Source: an uncultured Nitrososphaerota archaeon
GTDB lineage: Archaea; Korarchaeota; Korarchaeia; Korarchaeales; Korarchaeaceae
Direction: 5' to 3'
Assembly (NCBI GenBank): GCA_964594835.1
Contig: CAZQNA010000006.1
Span: 82,205-146,204, forward strand
Length of the DNA: 64,000 nt
In this document: positions 26,026-35,370 of the stretch, piece by piece
Layout: each line of letters begins with the position of its first letter
Position numbering within the stretch: the first letter of the stretch is position 1
Notes under the pieces: model-generated
The model's database searches: none
The model's input: the letters and a program-made list of their open reading frames with translations, nothing else
What the model was told of the DNA's origin: nothing
Position numbers and translations under genes: made by a program

Positions 26026-26946
26026 ATGGCGCGGGTGGAGCTGGCATCCCTCCGGCACGTGGGGGGAATAGTCGAGGTGCACCGCTCCGACATCGAGTCG
26101 CCCAGGCAGTGGACCGAGGGGGGCTGGAGGGAGGCCTCCCCCGGGGAACTGGATCCCTGCCAGTGGACTCTGAACGGCGGACCGTGGATGAGCGTTGAGA
26201 CCTGCGCGATACACGTCAACAACCTCCTCCTGGCGGGTCAGACCCCGCTGGTGGCCCTGGAGGGGGACCGAGTCGTGGGTGAGGCCGAGGTGATCCTGGG
26301 GGAAGAGGGTGGGAGGAGGGGCCTCGTGGCTCACCTCAGCGTGATAGAGGTGCACAGGGACTTCAGGGGGAGGGGGGTGGGCAGGTCCCTCGTCGAGTCA
26401 GCCCTGGCGGTCGCCAGGGACCGCGGCGTTGAGGCGGTGACGGTCGTCCCGGAGGAGGACGCGAAGGGTTTCTACCGGGCCACGGGCTTCTGCCCGGCAG
26501 AGCGGTGGGCGGAGATCACAGCATCCCCCGGAGACCTCCCGGAGGTCGCGATGGAGGCCGAGCTGTTCTCGCCGTCCCTGGAAGATTTCGAGGGGATGGA
26601 GCTCGTGGTCGGGAGGTACCAGAGCGGCCTGAACATCGCCCTCAACGTCCTGGAGGAGTTCGCCGGGTGCGACGCGCTCGGGGCCGGACGATCCTGGAGG
26701 GGCGTCGCGGAGGGGGTGGAGTTCATCGCCCACGTCTGGGACGCCCCCTTCCTCGGGGAGCCCGTGGCGTACGTCTGGACCGCAGCGTCCCCCGGGAGGC
26801 CCCTCGAGCTGGAGTCCAGGGTGGCCCTCTCAGCCGTCCTCACCCTGGCAGGCCGTCGAGTCCGGACCCTCATCCCCGAGGGGCTGGCCGGTGAGCTCGG
26901 GCTTTCCGGACGCGGGGCAGTCGAGTTCTGGGCTCGGGGGGTGTAG
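26026..26946 (+). CDS. GNAT-family acetyltransferase (extended)
   Basis: EVHRDFRGRGVGRSL and AKGFYRATGF; N-terminal GGPWMSVETC. Confidence 0.8.
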   Translation: MARVELASLRHVGGIVEVHRSDIESPRQWTEGGWREASPGELDPCQWTLNGGPWMSVETCAIHVNNLLLAGQTPLVALEGDRVVGEAEVILGEEGGRRGLVAHLSVIEVHRDFRGRGVGRSLVESALAVARDRGVEAVTVVPEEDAKGFYRATGFCPAERWAEITASPGDLPEVAMEAELFSPSLEDFEGMELVVGRYQSGLNIALNVLEEFAGCDALGAGRSWRGVAEGVEFIAHVWDAPFLGEPVAYVWTAASPGRPLELESRVALSAVLTLAGRRVRTLIPEGLAGELGLSGRGAVEFWARGV

Positions 26947-26948
26947 GC

Positions 26949-27692
26949 TTGACCGGAAGGGCCAGGACCAGTGTCTTCGTCGGGACCTCCGGGTGGTTCT
27001 ACGACTGGAACCCGGACGGGCTGGAGTGGTACGTCAGCTCCTCGGGGCTCAACGCCGTCGAGCTGAACGCCAGCTTCTACCGCTTCCCCAGGCCCTCGAC
27101 GGTGCGCAGGTGGGCCGGCGTCGGGGAGGGGATCAGGTGGGCGGTGAAGGTCCACAGGGGGATCACCCACACTAGGAGGCTGTCCAGATCGGCCCTGGGA
27201 CTCTGGGAGAGGTTCGAGGACCTCTTCTCTCCGCTAGACGGGCTGATCGACTTCTACCTGTTTCAGATGCCGCCGAGCTTCTCCCGAACCCCCGAGAGCG
27301 AGCGGAGGGTCGGGGAGTTCGCCGCGGAGTCGGGGCTTCGGGAGAGGATGGCGGTCGAGTTCAGGCACCCGAGCTGGTTCTCAGAGGGTGTGGAGGAGTG
27401 GGCCCGGGATCTGGGAATAACGCTGGTCTCCGTCGACGCCCCCGAACTTCCGAGGACCGTGTTCAACACCTCACAACGCGTCTACCTCAGGATGCACGGC
27501 AGGACCTGGTGGTACGCCCACCGCTACACGCTCGAAGAGCTGACTGAGGTGGCCCGCTCGCTGCTGGCCCTGGATGCTGAGGCCGTCTACGTGTTCTTCA
27601 ACAACGACCACGACATGCTGGACAACGGGCGGACGATGCTGGCCCTCCTGGGCGGTGAGGTCAGGGGTCAGCGCACCCTCGACCTGGATTGA
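26949..27692 (+). CDS. DUF72-family protein (second copy)
   Basis: VGTSGW, ELNASFYRFP, QMPPSF, EFRHPSW, YLRMHG, FFNND. Confidence 0.92.
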   Translation: MTGRARTSVFVGTSGWFYDWNPDGLEWYVSSSGLNAVELNASFYRFPRPSTVRRWAGVGEGIRWAVKVHRGITHTRRLSRSALGLWERFEDLFSPLDGLIDFYLFQMPPSFSRTPESERRVGEFAAESGLRERMAVEFRHPSWFSEGVEEWARDLGITLVSVDAPELPRTVFNTSQRVYLRMHGRTWWYAHRYTLEELTEVARSLLALDAEAVYVFFNNDHDMLDNGRTMLALLGGEVRGQRTLDLD

Positions 27693-27830
27693 AGTGAGAG
27701 CATCACCTCCTCACGGGGTCTGGTCGGATAGGAGTTCTCAGAAAGCTGGCAGGTCCGACCCGGCCCTCTTGCCGGTCGCGGGCAGTCAATCGTTTAAAAT
27801 TGAGCCGAATATGTGGGCGGGATCGGGCAC

Positions 27831-28445
27831 ATGGTAGACCCCTGGGCACTCCTGCTCCTAGGCGTGCTGAGCCTGCTGGGCTTGATCCTCTACCTAGCGA
27901 TACACTACAGCGTGCGGCCCGGCGCGAAGCGGGGGGGTATAGAGGACCCCCTGAGGCGGGCCTTCCTCAGGTACTCCGTCCTGGCCTCCCTCCTCCTCGT
28001 CCTGGGACACGCGTGGGTGGGAGTGGAGGAGATGTTTCGGAGCCTGATAAGGCCTGTTAAGCTGGAGCCCGTGTACGTGACGAACTTGGGGGAGCTGGAG
28101 CCTGGATCGGCGGTCTCCTTCGTGATGCCTGTCGACCCCGACATGCTCCCTGCCGATCACCCCTGCATCCTCATCAGGCTCACGCCGGAGGAGGCCCAGA
28201 GGACCGGGAGGGAGCTGATCGCGTACAGCGCCAGGTGCACCCACCTGGGGTGCATAGTGGAGTATATGGAGAGGGACGGCATGGAGATCTACTGCCCCTG
28301 TCACGCGGGAATATTCGATCCCCTCACGGGGAACCCCATATCGGGGCCCCCGAAGAAGCCGCTCCCGGAGGTTCAGCTGAGGGTGGAGGAGGACGGCTCG
28401 ATCTACGCCGTGGGGTGGGTGGGTCAAGGTGAGCAGGGCGAGTGA
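27831..28445 (+). CDS. Rieske [2Fe-2S] protein of a Rieske/cytochrome b complex
   Basis: CTHLGC and CPCHAG boxes, GPP motif, and an internal RRAFL twin-arginine motif. Confidence 0.93.
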   Translation: MVDPWALLLLGVLSLLGLILYLAIHYSVRPGAKRGGIEDPLRRAFLRYSVLASLLLVLGHAWVGVEEMFRSLIRPVKLEPVYVTNLGELEPGSAVSFVMPVDPDMLPADHPCILIRLTPEEAQRTGRELIAYSARCTHLGCIVEYMERDGMEIYCPCHAGIFDPLTGNPISGPPKKPLPEVQLRVEEDGSIYAVGWVGQGEQGE

Positions 28446-29850
28446 GGGTCCCTCCCTGAGGGAGAGGTGGACGCTCAAGTGGTGGGCCAGGGTGCACGGG
28501 GGCTGCAAGATCCCCCTGCACGCCCTGAGCCCGCTCAACGGCCTTGGTGGACTGGCGTTCCTTATGCTGATCATAGAGGCGGTCACCGGCATCATCCTCG
28601 GGATGTACTACGAGCCGAGGTTCAACGAGGCCAACCTCGCGTACGAGAGCGTCGTGGCCATAACGGAGAACCTCAAGTACGGGTGGCTCCTCAGGGGGAT
28701 ACACTACCACGCGGCCAACCTGATGATAGTGCTCAGCCTGCTCCACTTCCTCAAGACCTACATAGCTGGCAACTACAGGGAGCCCAAGGGCCTCTGCCAC
28801 GTGGTCGGCATACTGACCGGCCTACTGGCGATCCTGGCCTCCATCACGGGCTACTCCATGAGGGCCGACCACATCGGGGCCGAGGCCATCTTAATCGGGC
28901 AGACGCTGGTGAAGTACATGCCGCTGGGCGGCCTGCTGTTCAGGATCGTGTACGGGGTCGGCACCCTCGACGACGCCCTCGTCCGGTACAACGCCTACCA
29001 CTACGCCCTCGGGGCCCTCCTGATAGGCCTCGTCCTCCTCCACGTTTGGTTCAGCCACAGGCACCACGTCGCCCCTCCGATGGACGACAAGCCCTCCATC
29101 CCTGTCGTGCCCGTCTTCCCGAACTTCCTCCTCTCGGTCCTTTCGGGGGTTTTCATGGTCCTGGGCGGGCTGGTGCTGCTCAGTGTGGCCTTCCCACCAC
29201 ACCTGGGCGTGAAGTACGTGCCTGGAGAGCCCGTCCCGCCTGGGTTGCCCGAGTGGTACATGGTGGGCGACTACACCCTCATCAAGAGCGGGATCAACCC
29301 GGTGATAGCTGGAATGGTCGTCCCCCTTCTGGCCGTGACCCCGATAGCCCTCATGCCCTGGATAGACAGCTCGGGGCCGAGGCACCCGAGGCACAGGAGG
29401 TTCGCGATGATCTACCTCGCCGTGTTCATGACGGAATTCACCCTGATGACGGTCTGGGGCTACCTCACTCCTGGGCGGCAGGTGCTCCTCTCCCAGCAGC
29501 TCCCGGCGGCCCTCGCCGTGGCCGTGCTCGCGGCCATTCCCGCGCACTACGCGACCAGGCCGCGGGTGGTTAGGTTCGGCGCGCCGGAGGCGAGGAGGGT
29601 GGAGCGCGGCTCGATCCTACCCTGGCGGAGGATAGCCTCCCTCATCCTGGGGAGGCCTGTTGGGGTCGTCTCCATCCTCCTGGGGTGCCAGGTCGCGATG
29701 GCCCTCCTCGGCTGGTACTGGAACTACCTCGGGCTGCAGAGGCTCTATGCAGTCTCCCTGGGCGCGTCCATCTTCGTGCTGGGCGCCATCCTGCTGGTGG
29801 CCAAGTCGGCGCTCTTCGACCTGAAGCTCCTTAGGCTCTCTGGGCGCTGA
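28429..29850 (+). CDS. Cytochrome b subunit (b/b6 fused with subunit IV-like region)
   Basis: Heme ligands IHYHAAN...LHF and YHY...LHV; PEWY motif. Confidence 0.93.
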   Translation: MSRASEGPSLRERWTLKWWARVHGGCKIPLHALSPLNGLGGLAFLMLIIEAVTGIILGMYYEPRFNEANLAYESVVAITENLKYGWLLRGIHYHAANLMIVLSLLHFLKTYIAGNYREPKGLCHVVGILTGLLAILASITGYSMRADHIGAEAILIGQTLVKYMPLGGLLFRIVYGVGTLDDALVRYNAYHYALGALLIGLVLLHVWFSHRHHVAPPMDDKPSIPVVPVFPNFLLSVLSGVFMVLGGLVLLSVAFPPHLGVKYVPGEPVPPGLPEWYMVGDYTLIKSGINPVIAGMVVPLLAVTPIALMPWIDSSGPRHPRHRRFAMIYLAVFMTEFTLMTVWGYLTPGRQVLLSQQLPAALAVAVLAAIPAHYATRPRVVRFGAPEARRVERGSILPWRRIASLILGRPVGVVSILLGCQVAMALLGWYWNYLGLQRLYAVSLGASIFVLGAILLVAKSALFDLKLLRLSGR

Positions 29851-29865
29851 GCGACTCGAGGCTCC

Positions 29866-30600
29866 TCAGATCTTCCCGGTCAGCCTAGCCTTGAGGGTCA
29901 TCCTCTTGAGCTCCGCTATCAGGCTGCCCGGCCTGATGTGCTTAGGACACACCTCGGCGCATGCGTAGACCTGGTGGCACCTCCAGACTCCGGAGGCCTC
30001 GCTGTCAGCCACCAGGAGCCTCAGCGGCTTCACGTCATCCCTCTCCCTCGAGTCCACCGTGAACCTGTAGAGCTGGGTCAGCGCGGCGGGTCCCAAGAAG
30101 AGCGGATCCGTTGAGGCGACGGGGCACGCCGACACGCAGGCCCCGCACCATATACAGTCCGAGGGGGACTTGTACCTCTCGAACTCCTTGGGGGAGACCC
30201 TGGGCTCCCTCACCTCCTCCCTAGGGTAGAGGTAGGGCATCACGGCCTCCATCTGCCTGAGGAATGGCTCTATGTCCACGACGAGGTCCTTGAGCACCCT
30301 GAAGTGGGCGAGGGGCTCAACCTTCACCCTCCTGCCGAGGTCGGCGATCTGGGTCTCGCAGGCCAGCCTCTGCACCCCGTTGATCATCATGGCGCAGGAG
30401 CCGCAGATCTTGGCCCTGCAGCTGTACCTGAACGAGAGGGTCGGGTCCAGCTCCTGAAGTATGTAGAGGAGCCCGTCCAGGACGGTCATGCCCTTTCGGT
30501 AGGGCACCTCGTACTCCACGTAGTATGGAGCCTTGTCCCTCTTCGGGTCGAACCTGTAGACGGTGAACCTGACGGTCTCGCCCTCCTCGATCTGGGCCAT
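29866..30600 (-). CDS. sdhB: Succinate dehydrogenase/fumarate reductase Fe-S subunit
   Basis: SCRAKICGSC, CIWCGACVSAC, CHQVYACAEVC. Confidence 0.95.
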   Translation of the reverse strand: MAQIEEGETVRFTVYRFDPKRDKAPYYVEYEVPYRKGMTVLDGLLYILQELDPTLSFRYSCRAKICGSCAMMINGVQRLACETQIADLGRRVKVEPLAHFRVLKDLVVDIEPFLRQMEAVMPYLYPREEVREPRVSPKEFERYKSPSDCIWCGACVSACPVASTDPLFLGPAALTQLYRFTVDSRERDDVKPLRLLVADSEASGVWRCHQVYACAEVCPKHIRPGSLIAELKRMTLKARLTGKI

Positions 30601-30617
30601 CCCAGCCTCACCCCCGC

Positions 30618-32318
30618 TCAGTACTTCCTCTCGGTGGGCTGCCACTTCGTGATCACCACCGGCTTGTAATCGAACTCGGGCCCCTCTGGTGTGTAGAAGG
30701 CCAGGGTGTGCTTCAGCCAGTTCTCGTCATCTCTCTTGGGATAGTCCCGCCTGTAGTGCCCGCCCCTGCTCTCCGTGCGCCTGAGGGCGCCCTCGGCGAT
30801 GGCCAGGGCAACGTCGAGCATCCCCTCTATGATGAGGGCGTCCAGGAGGCCCTGGCTGAACGGCCCTGGGGAGGCCGGGACGCCCGCCCTCTCTTGATAC
30901 TCCTTCCTCAGTCTCCTAATCGTCTCGACCCCCTTTCTGAGTCCCTCCTCCTCCCTGAAGATCCCCACGTAGTCCCACATGGCCTGCTGCATGTCCCTCC
31001 TTATCCTGTACGGGTTGGAGTGTCCCTCCTCCTTCCCCCTCTCCACCAGGGTCTTGATCCTCCCCTCTACCTCCTCCAGGGCCCTCTCGACTGCCTCCCT
31101 CCCGTCGAACTCCCTGTGCTTGACGTCCTCCGAGGCCGAGGCCCCCGCCCTCGCCCCGAAGACGACGCACTCCAGGAGGGAGTTTCCGCCGAGCCTGTTG
31201 GCCCCGTGGACGCTGACGCAGGCGCACTCCCCCGCCGCGTAAAGGCCCTTGACTCTGGCCCTCCCGTGCTTGTCGGTCTCTATCCCGCCCATAGTGTAGT
31301 GCTGGCCCGGCTGCACGGGGATGGGCTCCTCCCTGGCGTCAACCCCTGCGAACTTGAGGGCCAGCTCCCATATCTGCGGGAGCCTCTCCATTATCAGGTC
31401 GGCCCCTAAGTGGGAGATGACAAGGTGGACATACTCGTTCTCGAACCCCCTCCCCTCCAGCACCTCGGTCCATATGGCCCTGGCCACTATGTCCCTGGGG
31501 GCCAGCTCCATCTTCTCCGGGGCGTACCTCTCCATGAACCTCTCGCCCTCGGCGTTGAGCAGGATCCCGCCCTCTCCTCTGGCCGCCTCGCTGATGAGGA
31601 TGTTCGTCCCGTAGAGCGTCGTCGGGTGGAACTGGATGAACTCCATGTCCTCCAGCGGGGCGCCGACCCAGTAGGCCAGGGCCATCCCGAAGCCGGTGCT
31701 CTGGTGGCTGTTGGTGGTCCTGGCGTAGATCCTGCCAGCCCCGCCGGTGGCCATGATCACGGCCTTGGCCTCGTAGGTCTCCAGCTCCCCGGTCTGAAGG
31801 TTCATGGCGACCAGGCCCCTCACGCCCTCCTCGTCCCGGGCGAGGCGGAGCACGGCCCTCTCGTTGTAGAACGTGACCCCCAGCCTGAGGGCCTGCTGGA
31901 AGACGGTGTGCATCACCGCGTGCCCCGTCTTGTCGGCGGCGTAGCAGGTCCTGGGGAACCCTGCCCCGCCGAAGGGCCTCTGCGCTATCCTTCCGTCCTC
32001 GAACCTGCTGAAGGGGACCCCCCACCTGTCAAGCTCGAGGACCCTCTCTATTGCGTCCTGGCAGTACTCCAGGACGGCGTCCTGGTCGGCCAGGTAGTCG
32101 GCGCCCTTGATCGTGTCGAAGGCGTGCCTCTCCACGCTGTCGCTGGGGTCCGCGTTGCCGAAGGCTGCGTTTATCCCACCCTGGGCCGCCACCGAGTGCG
32201 ACCTCATCGGGTAGAGCACGCTCACAACGGCCACGTCCGCGCCCCTCAGCTTGGCCTCGACGGCGGCCCTGAGGCCGGCGAGTCCACCCCCAACGACTAT
32301 CACGTCGTGCCTCTCCAA
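30618..32318 (-). CDS. sdhA: Succinate dehydrogenase/fumarate reductase flavoprotein
   Basis: GGGLAG, RSHSVAAQGG (covalent FAD His), QFHPT, HGANRLGGNSL, RTESRGGH. Confidence 0.97.
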   Translation of the reverse strand: MERHDVIVVGGGLAGLRAAVEAKLRGADVAVVSVLYPMRSHSVAAQGGINAAFGNADPSDSVERHAFDTIKGADYLADQDAVLEYCQDAIERVLELDRWGVPFSRFEDGRIAQRPFGGAGFPRTCYAADKTGHAVMHTVFQQALRLGVTFYNERAVLRLARDEEGVRGLVAMNLQTGELETYEAKAVIMATGGAGRIYARTTNSHQSTGFGMALAYWVGAPLEDMEFIQFHPTTLYGTNILISEAARGEGGILLNAEGERFMERYAPEKMELAPRDIVARAIWTEVLEGRGFENEYVHLVISHLGADLIMERLPQIWELALKFAGVDAREEPIPVQPGQHYTMGGIETDKHGRARVKGLYAAGECACVSVHGANRLGGNSLLECVVFGARAGASASEDVKHREFDGREAVERALEEVEGRIKTLVERGKEEGHSNPYRIRRDMQQAMWDYVGIFREEEGLRKGVETIRRLRKEYQERAGVPASPGPFSQGLLDALIIEGMLDVALAIAEGALRRTESRGGHYRRDYPKRDDENWLKHTLAFYTPEGPEFDYKPVVITKWQPTERKY

Positions 32319-32339
32319 GGGCGATCCCCCTCAGCCGGT

Positions 32340-32729
32340 TCAGAGCCCGACGGCGTAGGCCCAGTACACCATGAAGATCACGGTGGCCGCGAGCACGGCC
32401 AGGAAGAGCTTGTCCTCCCTCTCCGCCGCCCAGCCGAAGGCCTCGATCAGGATCACCCTGATCCCGTTGAAGGCGTGGTAGGCGCCAGTGAACAGGATCA
32501 GGTCGTCGGTAAGGAGGGTTCCTCCGGGGAAGGTGTAGCCGAAGTGGTTTGCGAGGACGTGCACGACCGCACCGAACACCATCAGGGCTCCGGTCACCCT
32601 CTGGAGGAGCCAGGCCCACATTCCCAGGCCCCTCCTCCTCACGTGGGTGACCCAGTGGACCACGTTCCTGAAGTCCGCGCCGGGGTTTCTGACCTCCCGG
32701 GGGACAGGGGCCGACTCCTCATCCGGCAT
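32340..32729 (-). CDS. sdhC: Succinate dehydrogenase cytochrome b membrane anchor
   Basis: WLLQRVTG and YHAFNGIR motifs, 3 TM helices, directly upstream of sdhA. Confidence 0.8.
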   Translation of the reverse strand: MPDEESAPVPREVRNPGADFRNVVHWVTHVRRRGLGMWAWLLQRVTGALMVFGAVVHVLANHFGYTFPGGTLLTDDLILFTGAYHAFNGIRVILIEAFGWAAEREDKLFLAVLAATVIFMVYWAYAVGL

Positions 32730-32862
32730 GTTGGCTCGTGGGGGGCGACCCCCCCGTCTGTTAAAAGATTGTCTTTACCCGAAAGGGGAAGCGCCTGGGG
32801 GTCGGCGTGGCCGCCGAGGGCTCAGTCAGTGACCCTTCGACCGACACGCACTTCGAGGTGAT

Positions 32863-33429
32863 CTAGTGCAGGAGCTTCAGCCTCTTTGCCGCCTCGATCA
32901 CGAGCCCGGCCGCGGACTCCAGGTCCTCCGTGGGCAGGACGGGCACCTGGTCCCCCCAGCCCGTCCTGAGGTAGCCCTCACTCGACTCCGAGCAGACCGC
33001 CGCCACCACCGGCTCCGTCAGCCGACGGAGCCACGACTCCGCCTCTCGGGCGCCGTGGGCGACCACGACCTTCAGCACGTCCCTCCTCCCCGCGGCGAGC
33101 CTGTCAAATCCGCACAGGACCGCGGCGTCGGGCGGAACCGCCTGTCCGGCCCCCAGCATGGAGAGGAGGTCCTCCAGCTCCTTGGGTGTTCCCACGAGGG
33201 TTATCCGAGATCTCCTCCTCCCCACGAGCCCCACGACTCCGGCCCCGGAGTCCTCGAGGAGGCCGGGCTCCGTGTCCGGCCTCTCCCTGACGGCCGAGTC
33301 CGAAGGGGCCCTAACGGCCGCGGCGACCCTGTACCCCCTCGTCGCCAGCGCCCGGACCACGGCGGCCGCCACCCTGGAGCGACCAGCGCCCCTGGGACCG
33401 GACACCAGGACCACGAGCAAGGCGCCCAC
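32863..33429 (-). CDS. MobB-like P-loop protein with degenerate Walker A
   Basis: VVLVSGPRGAGRS...LATRGYRVAAA...DT...AGAGVV follows the MobB pattern. GTG start at 33429. Confidence 0.55.
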   Translation of the reverse strand: MGALLVVLVSGPRGAGRSRVAAAVVRALATRGYRVAAAVRAPSDSAVRERPDTEPGLLEDSGAGVVGLVGRRRSRITLVGTPKELEDLLSMLGAGQAVPPDAAVLCGFDRLAAGRRDVLKVVVAHGAREAESWLRRLTEPVVAAVCSESSEGYLRTGWGDQVPVLPTEDLESAAGLVIEAAKRLKLLH

Positions 33430-33431
33430 CC

Positions 33432-33752
33432 TCAGGCCCCGCTGAAGATCCTCATCCTCCTCTGAATCGTCATCTTGATGCGAAGGAGCCAGCTCTGGGC
33501 CTCCTCCCTCGCCTGGGGGGACACCTCCCCGGACCCCAGGATTGAGGCTATGGCCCCGACGGACTCCCTGAGGCCGAACCTCTCGAGGGGCTCGGCCAGG
33601 GTGTCCGCGGCCTGAACGGCCTCCTCGAACCTCCCCGAGTCGAGGAGGTCGATCAGCCTCAGCAGCTGGGCCAGGTACCTCTCCTCGGCGTAGCTGCAGG
33701 CCACGGCCAGCCTCTTCAGGTAGAACTGGAGGCTCTCCACCCCGTCTCCCAA
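33432..33752 (-). CDS. Hypothetical helical protein
   Basis: Host-like codon usage, operonic spacing. Confidence 0.6.
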   Translation of the reverse strand: MGDGVESLQFYLKRLAVACSYAEERYLAQLLRLIDLLDSGRFEEAVQAADTLAEPLERFGLRESVGAIASILGSGEVSPQAREEAQSWLLRIKMTIQRRMRIFSGA

Positions 33753-33786
33753 CGTCGGGGTTCACCCCGCGGGATCTGATTAACCT

Positions 33787-34236
33787 TCACCGCTCGGGGC
33801 CCAGCTCGAACTCCCCCTCCTCGCACACCCTCCCGGTGAAGAAGAGCTCGGCTATCTCTCCGGCCGACCTGGCGAACACCTCGGGCCCCTCGTCGTCGGG
33901 GAGGCCCACGGAGAGGACCGTGATCGAGCACCCCGTGTGCTCCTCCAGGTGTATAGAGAAGACCAGCTCCCCGTCCATCTCCTCCCACTCCTCGTCCTCC
34001 GACAGGGACTTCCTGTAGTACCTCGCCCTCCACCTGCCGAACTCGATCGTGACGGCCGAGGCCCCGACGAACCTGGCGAGCCCCTCGACCGCCTCGAGCA
34101 GGTACCTCCTCAGCTCCTCAACGTCCATGGAAAGGAGCGACCAGGGGTCCCCCTTGGCCCTCCCGACAAGCTCCTCCCACCTGCGCTCGATTGCCTCCAG
34201 GTCAACCTCGGCGTCGGCCAATTTCCCTCTCTCCAC
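33787..34236 (-). CDS. Hypothetical acidic protein
   Basis: Host-like codon usage; overlaps the end of the PadR gene. Confidence 0.65.
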   Translation of the reverse strand: MERGKLADAEVDLEAIERRWEELVGRAKGDPWSLLSMDVEELRRYLLEAVEGLARFVGASAVTIEFGRWRARYYRKSLSEDEEWEEMDGELVFSIHLEEHTGCSITVLSVGLPDDEGPEVFARSAGEIAELFFTGRVCEEGEFELGPER

Positions 34237-34786
34237 CCACAGAATCCTGGGTACTAAAACTCTGCCGCTCGGTGGACGCCGTCGCCTCTCTGATCTCTCG
34301 GGCCGCCGTCCTGAGGACCTCGACGACCCTCTCCCTCACCTGGGGGTCGGAGAGGCGGACCTCTACCTCGAAGAGCGCCGCCCTCACCTCCCTGAGCGCG
34401 TCCACGATCTCGCCCGGGATGCTGGGCTCCAGCAGTGCCCTGGCCGCGTCCACGAACCTCTCGTAGTCCCTCCTCAGGAGGGACTTCGCCTCCTCCAGCC
34501 TCTCTGCCAGCTCCCCCCCCTTGGGCGTCAGGTAGTAAACCTTCCTCCTCCCCTCCTCCCTCCGGGCCACGACCCCCCGGGACTCTAGGTCCCTGAGGAG
34601 CGGGTAGATGGTCCCGGGAGAGGGCCTCCAGTGACCAGTCCTTCGCTCTATCTCCCTGATCATGTCGTAGCCCGTCAGCTCCCCCTTCTCCCTCAGCATC
34701 CTGATGATAGCCATCCTGAGCACTCCCCTCCCGCCGACGGGGATGGGGTGCCTCCCAGCCCCGCGGTCCCTATCTTCCTCTGACAC
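34202..34786 (-). CDS. PadR-family transcriptional regulator
   Basis: GYDMIREI...WRPSPGTIYPLLRDLE...RKVYYLTPKG. Confidence 0.93.
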   Translation of the reverse strand: MSEEDRDRGAGRHPIPVGGRGVLRMAIIRMLREKGELTGYDMIREIERRTGHWRPSPGTIYPLLRDLESRGVVARREEGRRKVYYLTPKGGELAERLEEAKSLLRRDYERFVDAARALLEPSIPGEIVDALREVRAALFEVEVRLSDPQVRERVVEVLRTAAREIREATASTERQSFSTQDSVGGEREIGRRRG

Positions 34787-34872
34787 CAGAGCGCCGGCTC
34801 ACCCATAGGGTATTAACGTATCCGAGCGTGCCAGAGTGGACGCTTATAGCTCTGGTTCCCCACGACGGCCCG

Positions 34873-35367
34873 ATGGGGCCCGGATACGATCTCGTGATCC
34901 TCGACCTCGACCTCACCGTCTGGGACCACAGGGACGCCTCCTCCCTGAGCCCTCCCTACAGGAGGATCTCGGAGGACGCTGCAGAGGATTCGGAGGGCGT
35001 GAGGGTCCGCCTCAGGCCGGGGGTGAGGTCCTTCCTTGAGAGGTGCGAGAGAGAGGGGGTCCTGGTCTCCGTGGCCAGCTGGAACAGGCCCGAGAAGGTG
35101 TTCCCCCTTCTGGAGGCGCTGGGGCTGGACCGCCACCTCTGGAACCCCGTGGTAGAGTTCCACCCCGACAAGGTGGCCATGGTGAGGAAGATCCTCGGCC
35201 GCCTCGGGCCTGGGTGGGATGGGAGGGCCCTCTTCGTCGACGACAAGGAGGAGCACGTCAGGGCAGTGGCCGAGGCGTTCGATAGGGTCGACGCCGTCCG
35301 GTTCGGGGTGGACGTCATGTCTTTCCGGGAGCTGGAGGAGCTGGTGTTCGGCCGGCGGGAGGTGTGA
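34873..35367 (+). CDS. Magnesium-dependent phosphatase 1 (HAD superfamily)
   Basis: DLDLTVWDH, ASWN, HPDK, FVDD. Confidence 0.88.
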   Translation: MGPGYDLVILDLDLTVWDHRDASSLSPPYRRISEDAAEDSEGVRVRLRPGVRSFLERCEREGVLVSVASWNRPEKVFPLLEALGLDRHLWNPVVEFHPDKVAMVRKILGRLGPGWDGRALFVDDKEEHVRAVAEAFDRVDAVRFGVDVMSFRELEELVFGRREV

Positions 35368-35370
35368 GGC

